Part shown: positions 1 through 8,629 of the stretch, piece after piece
Layout of the letters: each line of letters begins with the position of its first letter
Position numbering within the stretch: position 1 is the stretch's first letter
The notes under the pieces: model-generated
What the model saw: the letters and a program-made list of their open reading frames with translations, nothing else
Database searches by the model: none
What the model was told of the DNA's origin: nothing
From: a virus
Lineage: Duplodnaviria > Caudoviricetes
Virus record (IMG/VR): IMGVR_UViG_3300037440_000399
Location: 1 to 64,000 of that record
Strand: one strand, 5' to 3'
Length of the DNA: 64,000 nucleotides
Position numbers and translations under genes: made by a program

Positions 1-11
1 CAGAAAAGGGG

Positions 12-1529
12 ATGTGGTTCAACAACGGCTCAGGGCTCGACTTCAGCTCGGCCGGAGCTCACTACAAGAAGCTCATTTACATCTGGATGCGCGTCAACAC
101 TTCGGCGCTCATCGACACGATGGCCAACGGTGGCCTGAAGATATGGGTCGGCACATCGACAACAAATTACGCGACATTCACGGTAGGCGGCAGTGACTTT
201 GGAATCCCCGACAACGAGGGATGGATCTGTTACGTAATAGATCCGTCCTTGACTCCGACGGCAACCGCCGGCTCAGGACTGAGCTTAGCCTCGATCCAGT
301 ACATCGGCGGCACGATCAAGACAACGACGACGGCCAAGGGACAGAATTTCGGAATTGACCGCATTGCCTACGGTCGTGGGATCATCAAAGGCACAGGCAC
401 GGCAACGACAGGGAAGGGATTCAAGGACCTAGCAGACTGGGACTGGAGCACGGACCGGACGAACCGCTACGGTATTCTCACGGTCAAGAGCGGCGTCATC
501 TACTGCAAGGGACTGATCCAGATCGGCGATGATTCCGGCACGCTAGCCACCACGTTTACATCGAACGATGAAACGCTCGTGTGGGAACAGCCGCTATATT
601 ACAACGGCACGAGTCGGGTAAAGGCCGTTCCTGACGCGGACGCCGCGGGTAGGAATTACTTCGGCGTCGACGTCGTCGGCAACGCGACGGGCGCAACGAA
701 CGTCACGATCGGGACGCTGGTAGGTAGCGACGCTGGACGTAGTGGCTCGACGTTCCAGTCCGCGCTCAATTCGGATCTAACGACTCCCGCGCGGGCCGTA
801 TGCAGGCTGACGGCATCGAATGCCAATGTTACAAGTCTCAAGATATACGGGTCCACGTTTCGCAACTGGGAGCGCGCGTCGCCGAGCAACGCGCTCGACA
901 TGTCCAACCGCGTGGCTACGGACGAGTGCTTTAGCTCGGTCTTTGACGGCTGCGGACGTCTCTACTTCGGCGGCGTCTCGGTCAGAAACTGCAGCGTCCT
1001 GAACAGCATCACAGACGCAACGGACGGCGCGGTCAAATGGGACAGCCTCACCGGCATCCAAAAAACGTCGTTCACGAACAACACTCGAGCGATCGTGTTC
1101 GAGGCGACAACGGGCACGCCGTTCGCCTTCGTCGGCATTCTATTCTCGCCGACGACGAATGCCGTCAGGAACGAGTCGAACGGCGAAATTACGATCAACG
1201 TGAGTGGTGGTGGCAACACGCCTACGGCCGACAACGCCGGCACAAGCACGACGTTCATCAATTCTTCCGTGAGCGTGACGGTTACCCCGATCGTTGCCGG
1301 TTCCGAGGTTCGCGCCTACCGCGTTTCGGATGGTGTCGAGCTCGACGGAACAGAGAGTGCGGCTGGCACTTCGCACGTGCTGAGTCTTCCAGCGGGAACA
1401 CCTGTGCACATCGTGGTCCTGTCGTACAATCCACCGAGGATCCCCGTGCGGCGCGAAAACAAGACCTTCAACGCCGACCAGACGTTTGATCCTGTGCAGC
1501 AAACTGATGCGAATTACCAAAATCCGTGA
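12..1529 (+). CDS. virion structural / tail-fibre- or tailspike-like protein (may start upstream of the window)
   Basis: 505-aa T/G/S/N-rich beta-strand-like ORF. The reading frame is open to the window edge and it heads a run of similar genes. Confidence 0.55.
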   Translation: MWFNNGSGLDFSSAGAHYKKLIYIWMRVNTSALIDTMANGGLKIWVGTSTTNYATFTVGGSDFGIPDNEGWICYVIDPSLTPTATAGSGLSLASIQYIGGTIKTTTTAKGQNFGIDRIAYGRGIIKGTGTATTGKGFKDLADWDWSTDRTNRYGILTVKSGVIYCKGLIQIGDDSGTLATTFTSNDETLVWEQPLYYNGTSRVKAVPDADAAGRNYFGVDVVGNATGATNVTIGTLVGSDAGRSGSTFQSALNSDLTTPARAVCRLTASNANVTSLKIYGSTFRNWERASPSNALDMSNRVATDECFSSVFDGCGRLYFGGVSVRNCSVLNSITDATDGAVKWDSLTGIQKTSFTNNTRAIVFEATTGTPFAFVGILFSPTTNAVRNESNGEITINVSGGGNTPTADNAGTSTTFINSSVSVTVTPIVAGSEVRAYRVSDGVELDGTESAAGTSHVLSLPAGTPVHIVVLSYNPPRIPVRRENKTFNADQTFDPVQQTDANYQNP

Positions 1530-1532
1530 CCC

Positions 1533-3149
1533 ATGGCCGACGTAGTCCAGTTCGACCCGGACAATCTCCGCATCATTGAGATCAGCGCGGGCGGCGACAA
1601 CGAGCTCAGCGTCGTCGAAATCTATAGCGAGATGAAGGATTGGCTTCTAGCCGATCCCGCGCGGCTCGCCTACCCGCAGGCCATGCGTTACGTGGGCGGC
1701 GACGCGATCAGTCCAACGCAAGACCTCGGCTCGACGTTCTTTTTGCTGAACGGCTGGCGCATCCGACCCGCGGAACTCACGCACAAGCTGACGCTAATTG
1801 GGAATCTGTTCACCGATCCCGCGGGCGAAAGCGTGTTCGTGCCGACACTCGGTGCATTCAATGTCAACACGGAGACGCGCGTCTCCAATCTCGTGGACGC
1901 GGTCCTAGTCAACTCTGCCGAGATCCAGTTCGCCAGTTTCGAAAACACAGTTGCGGTCGACATAACGTCCGCGTTCTCTGGCGCGAGCTACCCCAACGGT
2001 ACACGTCGGCAACCCGTCAACAACATGACCGACGCGCTCGCGATCGCACAAGCGCGCGGCATCGGATCGTTTCTGATCCTGTCGAGCATGACGCTGACAG
2101 GTGTCGACGTCTCCGAGATGGTGCTCGACGGTCTCAATCATGGCGTGACACTGACCGTGGATGCGTCGGCGGACGTCCAAAATTGCGGGTTCAACAATCT
2201 TACGCTTCAGGGCACGTTCGACGGCGCAACGCACGTGCGCGATTGCTTCGTTATGGATGTGGACATTATCCACGGGCATTTGACGCGATGCTCGCTGATG
2301 GGCGCAATAGCTCTGAGCGGCACCGGCGATCTGCTCATCGACAACTGCATCGACGGTATGCCTGGTCTCGGCGTTCCGTCCGTGGACTGTGGCGGCGCGG
2401 GTAGCTCACTAAACATCCGCGGGTATCACGGCGGGATCGCGCTCACGAACAAGACCGGCGCCGAAGATTTCTCGATCGACCTCGTCGGCCGCCTGATCCT
2501 GGACACCACGGTAACCGGCGGATCGATCATCGTGCGCGGTATCGGCCACATCGAGCTCGGCGGCGCCACGGCGACGATCATCGATTCGGACCTCGTAAAC
2601 CCGGCGCTTGTTGCGACGGAAACAGACGCGACGCTGACCGCCGAGCACGGCACGGGCTCGTGGCAGAGCGGATCGGGCGGGCTCACGGTGCAGGACATCG
2701 TCGACGGCGTCCTAGACGAGCCGACGGCGTCGCACTTGGCGGCCGGCAGCGTCGGCGAGAATGTGAGCCGCCTCGATGCAGCGGTGACATCGCGCAGCTC
2801 CCATGCCGCAAACGACGTGCGGGACGCGATCCTGAGTGACTCGACACCGTTTCAGGGCGCGCGCATCGACGCCGCGGTTAGCTCGCGGGCGGCGCCCGGT
2901 GCGGAGATGGCGTTGACGGCAACGGCTCTTGCTGGCGCTGTGCTTGAGATTTGGGCGCACGTACTGTCGGGGACGATCACGGCGGAGCAGGCGCTGCTGG
3001 AGCTTTACCGGTTGAGGGGGTTGGACGCTGCGAATCCGTTGCATGTGAGCAAGACAGACAACGCCCTTCGTGTTCCTGCCAACGGATCGCTGATAGAGAT
3101 CGTCGGCGTAGAGAATGGCGAGAATGCAACTTTTACCCGCCAGCCGTAA
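1533..3149 (+). CDS. virion structural protein (tail-fibre region)
   Basis: 538-aa ORF with a beta-helix-like middle and repeated DAAV(T/S)SR motifs, tightly packed after the previous gene. Confidence 0.55.
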   Translation: MADVVQFDPDNLRIIEISAGGDNELSVVEIYSEMKDWLLADPARLAYPQAMRYVGGDAISPTQDLGSTFFLLNGWRIRPAELTHKLTLIGNLFTDPAGESVFVPTLGAFNVNTETRVSNLVDAVLVNSAEIQFASFENTVAVDITSAFSGASYPNGTRRQPVNNMTDALAIAQARGIGSFLILSSMTLTGVDVSEMVLDGLNHGVTLTVDASADVQNCGFNNLTLQGTFDGATHVRDCFVMDVDIIHGHLTRCSLMGAIALSGTGDLLIDNCIDGMPGLGVPSVDCGGAGSSLNIRGYHGGIALTNKTGAEDFSIDLVGRLILDTTVTGGSIIVRGIGHIELGGATATIIDSDLVNPALVATETDATLTAEHGTGSWQSGSGGLTVQDIVDGVLDEPTASHLAAGSVGENVSRLDAAVTSRSSHAANDVRDAILSDSTPFQGARIDAAVSSRAAPGAEMALTATALAGAVLEIWAHVLSGTITAEQALLELYRLRGLDAANPLHVSKTDNALRVPANGSLIEIVGVENGENATFTRQP

Positions 3150-3152
3150 CGC

Positions 3153-3476
3153 ATGTTTGAAGAGCCGTTCACGGTCGCAAGCGTCGGCCTGCTCGGCGCT
3201 GATTTTTTCACGACCGCCGCGGACGGCTACCTACTCGGCGACGCTGATCTGGTCGACGTCGTCTCGCCGTTCCCCGCAATCTCGACGTCAACTCTCGTTG
3301 CGACCGCGGCGTCAGCGACTTTCATTCAATCGATGCGCGCTAGCTCGACACTCGAGCCCACCGCCGAGAGCTTGTCCACTTCGACGCAAGCCGAGTCCAC
3401 AACGACGAGCTCGCCGCAACCCGTAGCGCAATCAAGTTTAGTCGGCGTTGCTCGGTCGAAGAGCACGATGCACTAG
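3153..3476 (+). CDS. hypothetical protein, S/T-rich
   Basis: 107-aa ORF 3 nt after the previous stop. Its TAG overlaps the HNH TAG in a CTAG. Confidence 0.5.
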   Translation: MFEEPFTVASVGLLGADFFTTAADGYLLGDADLVDVVSPFPAISTSTLVATAASATFIQSMRASSTLEPTAESLSTSTQAESTTTSSPQPVAQSSLVGVARSKSTMH

Positions 3477-4099
3477 GGCTTGCGGGGGCGGCCACTCGGT
3501 GTTGTCAGAATGCGTTCCACTGGCCACCCTCTGTGGAAACGCCACAACAGCATTTTGGCACGAACCCCGAGATGCTCGGCCCATTCTTGGACGCAACGGC
3601 TGGTCCCCTGAAATTCAAGCACCACGTTGTATCTCCTGTTGCGGCTTTGCTGCGTTGGATTTGCCCACCTCACATTTCCAGGTTCGTAATCGCCATCATT
3701 GTCGATGCGATCGATCGACATTCCCGGTGGGCGCTCGCCCATGTCAGCGAGAAAATTATCGAAGGACTGCCAGCGGGCGCACACCTGGATGCCGCGCCCA
3801 CCGTAGTAAGCGTAAGGCCGGCTATTTTCACGGGTACACCGATCAAGCATGCCGGACCACGTCTTGTATGTATCGGTGAGTTTGCCGCCCCGGCTGTGCC
3901 CGTGTGTGACGGGGCCGATATTTGCGCAGCCGCAGCTTGTCGACTTGCCGCTGCGAAGATTGTTGCTCTGAACAGGACGTTCCGTGCCGCATGCGCAGCG
4001 ACACATCCAGCGCGTCCTGCCATCCGTCGCATTGGTGGCTGGCCCCAGCACGACCCATCGCCCGTAGCGCGTTCCGGGCACTTCGATTATTCTGCTCAT
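3473..4099 (-). CDS. HNH homing-type endonuclease
   Basis: Motifs WMCRCACG, YGGRGIQVC..W..F..F..DMG, SIDRIDNDGDYEPGNVRWA. AAAGGAGG SD lies before the ATG at 4099. Confidence 0.88.
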   Translation of the reverse strand: MSRIIEVPGTRYGRWVVLGPATNATDGRTRWMCRCACGTERPVQSNNLRSGKSTSCGCANIGPVTHGHSRGGKLTDTYKTWSGMLDRCTRENSRPYAYYGGRGIQVCARWQSFDNFLADMGERPPGMSIDRIDNDGDYEPGNVRWANPTQQSRNRRYNVVLEFQGTSRCVQEWAEHLGVRAKMLLWRFHRGWPVERILTTPSGRPRKP

Positions 4100-4125
4100 C
4101 GTCGATGTCCTCCTTTCAGGACTTC

Positions 4126-4179
4126 GGCCACGCGGGTCGGTCGTGTGACAGCGACGCGACCCGCACTGATTTCTAGCAC
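4126..4179 (-). ncRNA. conserved structured leader/promoter element upstream of HNH gene, copy 1
   Basis: Minus strand GTGCTA-GAAATCAGT-GCGGGTC-GCGTCGCTG-TC-ACACGACC-GACCCGC-GTGGCC. A matching copy at 7768-7820 has a covarying stem. Confidence 0.7.
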
Positions 4180-4197
4180 AGCAACAGTCTGGCAACC

Positions 4198-5238
4198 ATG
4201 CCTAAGTACAGCTTCTTCAGATCAAATACTCGCAGGCTGTCGCACGTGGTGCAGCGTCCGGACTCAACCGGCGCGCTGCAAATAGAGAATCTCTCGGGCG
4301 CTACCCTCAGATTCACCGCGAAACGCAAGCTATCGGATACGTATGCAAGCGCGATTATAAAAAAGCACAGCGGTGTTGATGGAGGGATAGTCATCACTGA
4401 CAGTGCCGCCGGTCTCGCTCAGACACTGATTCTACCGGCAGACACGGTCGCGCTCTGTGTCGACGGAAAGCGCGAGGTGCTCTTCTATGACCTCGAGCTG
4501 GAGACCGCACTTGGCGAGGTCGAGACGACGGAGGCAGGCCAGCTAATCATCGAAGCGGACGTGACGGACGATTTGTCACCCGTCGGCCCGCCCGCCGCGC
4601 CGCCCGATCCGATAACTCCCGGCGTCTTCCTGCAGTACGACGGCACCACGAATGTATGGAGCACGTGGACGCTACCCGAGGAAGTGCTCGCGGGCGACGT
4701 CAACAAGGTCCTGACCGTCACCGCTGCGGGCGTGGTGTCACTGCAGGTCCCGTCCGGCGGGCTAAGTGCTCCCGCAGACCCAGCGGACGACGGCAAGCTT
4801 GCAGTCGCCAGTGGCGGCGACCTCGTCTACTCCACGATCTACGACTCGAGCCCGCTGCACTGGGGCGCCAACGGTCCGGGCACCGGCAGCGGGAGCACGA
4901 ACTATCTCGTGGCTGGCGGCGGCAACACAGCCACGGGCGTCGTTACCGCGGTACCGGGCGTGCACGTCGTCCAGGACGACGGAACGCTGGACATCCTGCA
5001 GGCTCACCACAGCAATCCAACCGGCAGCGCTGTGCTTACGTACACGATCGAGATCAACGAGGTTGCGTCCGCGTTGACGCTGGATTTGTCGACAGGATCG
5101 GTGCAGGGATCGAACGTGGTCAACTCCGTAGCCGTGCTCCGCGGCGATCGGGTGCGTTGTTCCGTGCTCAACCCGGGCGGCACGAACTCAAACATGCGCC
5201 TTGACGTGCAGTGCCGATTCCGCAGGACGGCAACATGA
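4198..5238 (+). CDS. virion structural protein with BppU-like N-terminal domain
   Basis: The N-terminus (TLRFTAKR...GLAQTLILPADT...YDLEL...GQLIIEADVT) resembles baseplate-upper/fibre anchor domains. The C-terminus is beta-rich. Confidence 0.55.
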   Translation: MPKYSFFRSNTRRLSHVVQRPDSTGALQIENLSGATLRFTAKRKLSDTYASAIIKKHSGVDGGIVITDSAAGLAQTLILPADTVALCVDGKREVLFYDLELETALGEVETTEAGQLIIEADVTDDLSPVGPPAAPPDPITPGVFLQYDGTTNVWSTWTLPEEVLAGDVNKVLTVTAAGVVSLQVPSGGLSAPADPADDGKLAVASGGDLVYSTIYDSSPLHWGANGPGTGSGSTNYLVAGGGNTATGVVTAVPGVHVVQDDGTLDILQAHHSNPTGSAVLTYTIEINEVASALTLDLSTGSVQGSNVVNSVAVLRGDRVRCSVLNPGGTNSNMRLDVQCRFRRTAT

Positions 5239-5630
5239 TAATCGCAGTCTACGTGCGCAAGCCGGCGCTGACGGCGATCCTGTTGACGCTGGCGAGCTAC
5301 GAGCAAGTAGCCGTCGCGATCATCGAGGAAATCGTGCTGCGCCGCTTTGCCGACAACCCGGCGGACGCTTGGACGACGGAGATCGCGTACTGGGTGCCGA
5401 CCACTCTCAACACACAGATCCAAGCGGCAACGGCGGTCGACGCATCGACGCTGACGCTCGACGGCGACCCGGTGGCCGTGATTCGCGCCGAGGCAGCCGA
5501 CATCATCCTCGACACGGCGCAGCGTTACCTGACTCGTCGCGGTGCTAGCGGGACGCTCGCACTCGTGCCGGGTATCAGCGCGGCAATCAAAACCGCGATC
5601 AACGACGCGCCGCACGACGCGCCGACGTAA
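5235..5630 (+). CDS. hypothetical protein (possible fibre chaperone)
   Basis: ATGA overlap with the upstream stop; 131 aa. Confidence 0.55.
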   Translation: MIIAVYVRKPALTAILLTLASYEQVAVAIIEEIVLRRFADNPADAWTTEIAYWVPTTLNTQIQAATAVDASTLTLDGDPVAVIRAEAADIILDTAQRYLTRRGASGTLALVPGISAAIKTAINDAPHDAPT

Positions 5631-5632
5631 TC

Positions 5633-5714
5633 CTCTGCCCCGCCTGGACTGGTCGCGGCCCGGGTATGTTGCCCCCTTGCCTTCCGGGGCGCGGCCAGCC
5701 TGGGCGCGGCAGAG
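5633..5714 (+). promoter_or_regulatory. 31-bp imperfect RNA stem-loop before holin
   Basis: Arms 5633-5663 and 5684-5714 pair without bulges (3 mismatches, 3 G-U pairs on the + strand). The GGAG SD starts 5 nt downstream. Confidence 0.7.
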
Positions 5715-5730
5715 CCTTGGAGATCACATC

Positions 5731-5997
5731 ATGTTGTCCAAGATCTGGAAGCGAATCACCAACGAGCCAGCACTCATCCTCGGCGCCGTCCAGGCTGCAC
5801 TCACGCTCGCCGTCGTGTTTGGCGTCAAACTTACGCCCGAGCAGATCGCCGGCGTGCTCACGTTCTCGGGTGCACTGTTGGCTCTCTTGACCAGGCAGCT
5901 CGTCGTTCCGGTCGCGAAGATGCAGCCGGCGCGCACGATCGTGATTCCGCCGCCTCCAGACGACCAGACGCCTCAACCGCCGCAGGCTGCACAATGA
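5731..5997 (+). CDS. putative holin
   Basis: 88 aa with two TM helices (EPALILGAVQAALTLAVVFG; EQIAGVLTFSGALLALL), a GGAG SD, and first position in the lysis cluster. Confidence 0.7.
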   Translation: MLSKIWKRITNEPALILGAVQAALTLAVVFGVKLTPEQIAGVLTFSGALLALLTRQLVVPVAKMQPARTIVIPPPPDDQTPQPPQAAQ

Positions 5998-6356
5998 TAC
6001 GCAAACTACTCGCCCGCATTGTGCGCTACTACGCCCCTGGATTTGCCGTGCTGCTCTGTCTGGGTTGCGCGGGGTCCTTGGAAACCGCCCGCGCCCAACC
6101 CAAGCTCGGCGCCTCGCCGGCAACGGCGGAGAGATGCGATGCGCTCGATGATCGTCGGACGCTGTATGGCGGATTTGCCAAGACGTTCGGTGCGCTCGGG
6201 GCCGGCGCTGGACTCGCAAGTATTCCCGTCGAGGACGAGGGCCTACAGACCGGACTGGCCATCAGTGCGGCCGCCAGCGCGGCGCTTGCCGTTGGGGCGT
6301 TGTATGTCTCGGAGGGCAGCGCCGAAAGCTGGGCTCGGGAGTGTGCCGCTCGATGA
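5994..6356 (+). CDS. lipoprotein-like membrane protein (spanin candidate)
   Basis: Basic N-terminus, hydrophobic stretch and LGC lipobox-like site, plus two C-terminal hydrophobic helices. Confidence 0.55.
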   Translation: MIRKLLARIVRYYAPGFAVLLCLGCAGSLETARAQPKLGASPATAERCDALDDRRTLYGGFAKTFGALGAGAGLASIPVEDEGLQTGLAISAAASAALAVGALYVSEGSAESWARECAAR

Positions 6357-7114
6357 GTCTGGTCAATCGTCTACTGCGGCGCCCTGGTCTCGGATTTCTT
6401 TCTGACCCATTGGACGCCCGCGACAAGCCGCTGGGCGCTCTGCTGGGCACATTCCTCGAGGGCTCGCCGCCACCCCCGAGCGCCAGCGTGCGCAACGATT
6501 CGGTGCGGCCGTACGACCAGGGCGCAAGCTCGAGTTGTACGGGACAGGCGTGGGCCCAGGCTGTGCGTACGACATTGATCCATCGCGGTGTCAACTGCCC
6601 GCCGCTGTCTGCGCTGTTCGCGTACTACGTAAGCCGCGCCGAGTGGGGCGCAGAACGCAAGGACGCCGGCAGTCATCTTCGCACGACGGCAAAAGCGATG
6701 ATGCGTTTTGGATGCGCAGCTGATGCCACGTGGCCCATGGTTGGATTGCGCGTGAACAAGCAGCCTCCCATCGCAGCCTTTCGGAGCGCTTTCGACCTGC
6801 GCGGTTTGCGTGGATATTTTCGCATAGCCGAGGGCGACGTTGATGGCGTCCGGCGCGCGATTGCGAACGGCAACGCGGTCACTGCCGGCTGGAAAATCGA
6901 TCGCGAGTTCCAGCGGCACGACGGCAAGTCTGTGCTCGACGTGCGGCGCGGAACGATCATCGGCGCCCACGCCTGGGTGCTCGAGGATTACGCGGCGGAC
7001 TCGACGTTTGGCATGATCAACAGCTGGTCAGCGTCGTGGGGTGACCAGGGAAGGGCGCGACTAACAGCGGCTTTTGTTGCGCAAGCTCACGATGTTTGGG
7101 CGTGTGCGGCCTAG
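6353..7114 (+). CDS. papain-like cysteine peptidase (C1A family)
   Basis: DQGASSSCTGQA (Gln/Cys), GAHAW (His), INSWSASWGDQG (Asn). Confidence 0.88.
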   Translation: MSLVNRLLRRPGLGFLSDPLDARDKPLGALLGTFLEGSPPPPSASVRNDSVRPYDQGASSSCTGQAWAQAVRTTLIHRGVNCPPLSALFAYYVSRAEWGAERKDAGSHLRTTAKAMMRFGCAADATWPMVGLRVNKQPPIAAFRSAFDLRGLRGYFRIAEGDVDGVRRAIANGNAVTAGWKIDREFQRHDGKSVLDVRRGTIIGAHAWVLEDYAADSTFGMINSWSASWGDQGRARLTAAFVAQAHDVWACAA

Positions 7115-7741
7115 TCGATATGTTGCCACCCTTGACCGCGAATGATGCGTCCTATTGTTTGCCGCGCCACCCCGTACTCGCGCGCCAGACGTGCCGCTGT
7201 CCCTCGTGGACCGTTGGCCACCTCCGAGCGAATGCGTCGGATGGAATCTTCAGTCAGTTTGGCCTTGTGGTGCGACTCGCCAAGGCGCGGCGTCGTACGC
7301 ATGCGCTGGCGCTCCGAGGCTTCGCGCATGTTATCGGTCTGCGTACCGAGATGAAGATGCGACGGGCGAACACAACCGCCTGCGCCGTTGTCGCAGCCAT
7401 GGAGAACACACAGTCCTTCAGGGACAGGGCCATGGGTAACGATCCATGCGAACCGATGCGCCAAAATGTGACCTTCTGAGCCGGCGTTGAAATATCCGTA
7501 TCCGTGTCGGGCCGCGAGCGCCCTCCCAAATCCAGCACCCGTCCGTCTTCCTGACCTTTGGCCAAAAGCGTTCAGCCGCTGGGCCGCGCTTCTGCTTGGT
7601 TTTCCACGGCAACGAGTAGCAGCTCTTGCAGCGGCTGTAACACAGTAGGCGTGTGGCACTACTTTTTTGCCAAAACTCGCGCGTTGCGGGCTTGGTTTCG
7701 CCGCACTTGGGGCAACGCTTGAAAACGATTATTGTGAACAT
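7111..7741 (-). pseudogene. HNH endonuclease split by a single-base frameshift near 7510
   Basis: One frame gives RFWPKVRKTDGCWIWEGARG and the next gives RHGYGYF...AHRFAW...VLHGCDN...CVRPSHL...KLTE. The junction is GGC-C-CGA. Confidence 0.8.
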
Positions 7742-7767
7742 GCTGGGCCTCGCTAGTAACGGGGTTT

Positions 7768-7820
7768 GGCCACGTGCCCGGTCGTGTAGCAGCGACGCGG
7801 GCACACCTGCTTTGTAGCAC
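7768..7820 (-). ncRNA. conserved structured leader/promoter element upstream of HNH gene, copy 2
   Basis: Minus strand GTGCTA-CAAAGCAGGT-GTGCCC-GCGTCGCTG-CT-ACACGACC-GGGCAC-GTGGCC. Confidence 0.7.
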
Positions 7821-7829
7821 AAAATAGCC

Positions 7830-8108
7830 ATGTATCGCTATCTGATTGCGTGCCTAGCACTCTGCGCGTGCGGTACGCCACCGCATCCAGATCGCCCCGA
7901 GCCCAACCCGTCAGCGTGCGCCGACGCCTGTGCAACGCTGGCCCGTCTCGGATGCGAGAGCGCGCAGCCGACACCCGCGGGCGAATCGTGCGAGAGCGTA
8001 TGCTTGGCCATCGAGCGGAGCGGCACGATTAGCATGTGCCCAGCTGCGGTTGCTCGTGCGGAGAGTTGCCCGGAGGCCGAGACACTGAGCTCGTGTGAGG
8101 CGCCATGA
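7830..8108 (+). CDS. Cys-rich lipoprotein
   Basis: Signal peptide with LCAC lipobox and further Cys residues in a 92-aa protein. Confidence 0.75.
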   Translation: MYRYLIACLALCACGTPPHPDRPEPNPSACADACATLARLGCESAQPTPAGESCESVCLAIERSGTISMCPAAVARAESCPEAETLSSCEAP

Positions 8109-8224
8109 CCGCCGTGCACGTAGCCCTCTGCCTCGCTGCAATCCCGCTGGCAGCCGCGGTCGCGCTATGGGCGTGGGCGATTGGTTGCGTGCTCGTTTTC
8201 GGGAGGAGACGCCATGGCCGATGA
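8105..8224 (+). CDS. small membrane protein (39 aa)
   Basis: MTAVHVALCLAAIPLAAAVALWAWAIGCVLVFGRRRHGR; ATGA overlap. It is below the ORF-track size cutoff. Confidence 0.5.
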   Translation: MTAVHVALCLAAIPLAAAVALWAWAIGCVLVFGRRRHGR

Positions 8225-8318
8225 CGCAACATGGTCGGACTTTTTCCGCTCGCTGCTCGAGGCGCTCGTCGCGCTGGCGCTTGTGGCCCTTTTTCTGAGC
8301 TTGCCGGTGGTGGCGTGA
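8214..8318 (+). CDS. small membrane protein (34 aa)
   Basis: MADDATWSDFFRSLLEALVALALVALFLSLPVVA; GGAGGAG SD; GTGA overlap with the next gene. Confidence 0.55.
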   Translation: MADDATWSDFFRSLLEALVALALVALFLSLPVVA

Positions 8319-8629
8319 GGCTCGTCGACCTGAAACCGCGCTGGGTCGGCGCCGGTGGCGACGGCATCTCGTCTGCCGATGGACAGCCCGTCCCGAGACG
8401 CGACGGCGTTGGTGTGTCCTTCGATTGCCCATGCGGCTGCGACCGGCGCTGTTTCGTTGCGTTCACTAATCCGCTTGATGGTGGCTCGCCTCACATCTCT
8501 CCCGGACAGCCGACGTGGGAACGCACGGGCGACACGTTCGAAACGCTGACGCTCTCCCCTTCGTTGCTGCGCCTCGACGGCTGCGGCTGGCACGGCTTCG
8601 TGGAAAAGGGCGGGGTGAGGACGGTATGA
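8315..8629 (+). CDS. DUF6527-like protein
   Basis: FDCPCGC...WERTG...LTLSPSL...CGWHGFV motif pattern; GTG start. Confidence 0.65.
   Translation: MRLVDLKPRWVGAGGDGISSADGQPVPRRDGVGVSFDCPCGCDRRCFVAFTNPLDGGSPHISPGQPTWERTGDTFETLTLSPSLLRLDGCGWHGFVEKGGVRTV

Noticed and set aside
4100-4195. Longer HNH start at 4195 from the ORF track
   Set aside because: The extension is the translated RNA element; the strong SD supports ATG at 4099.
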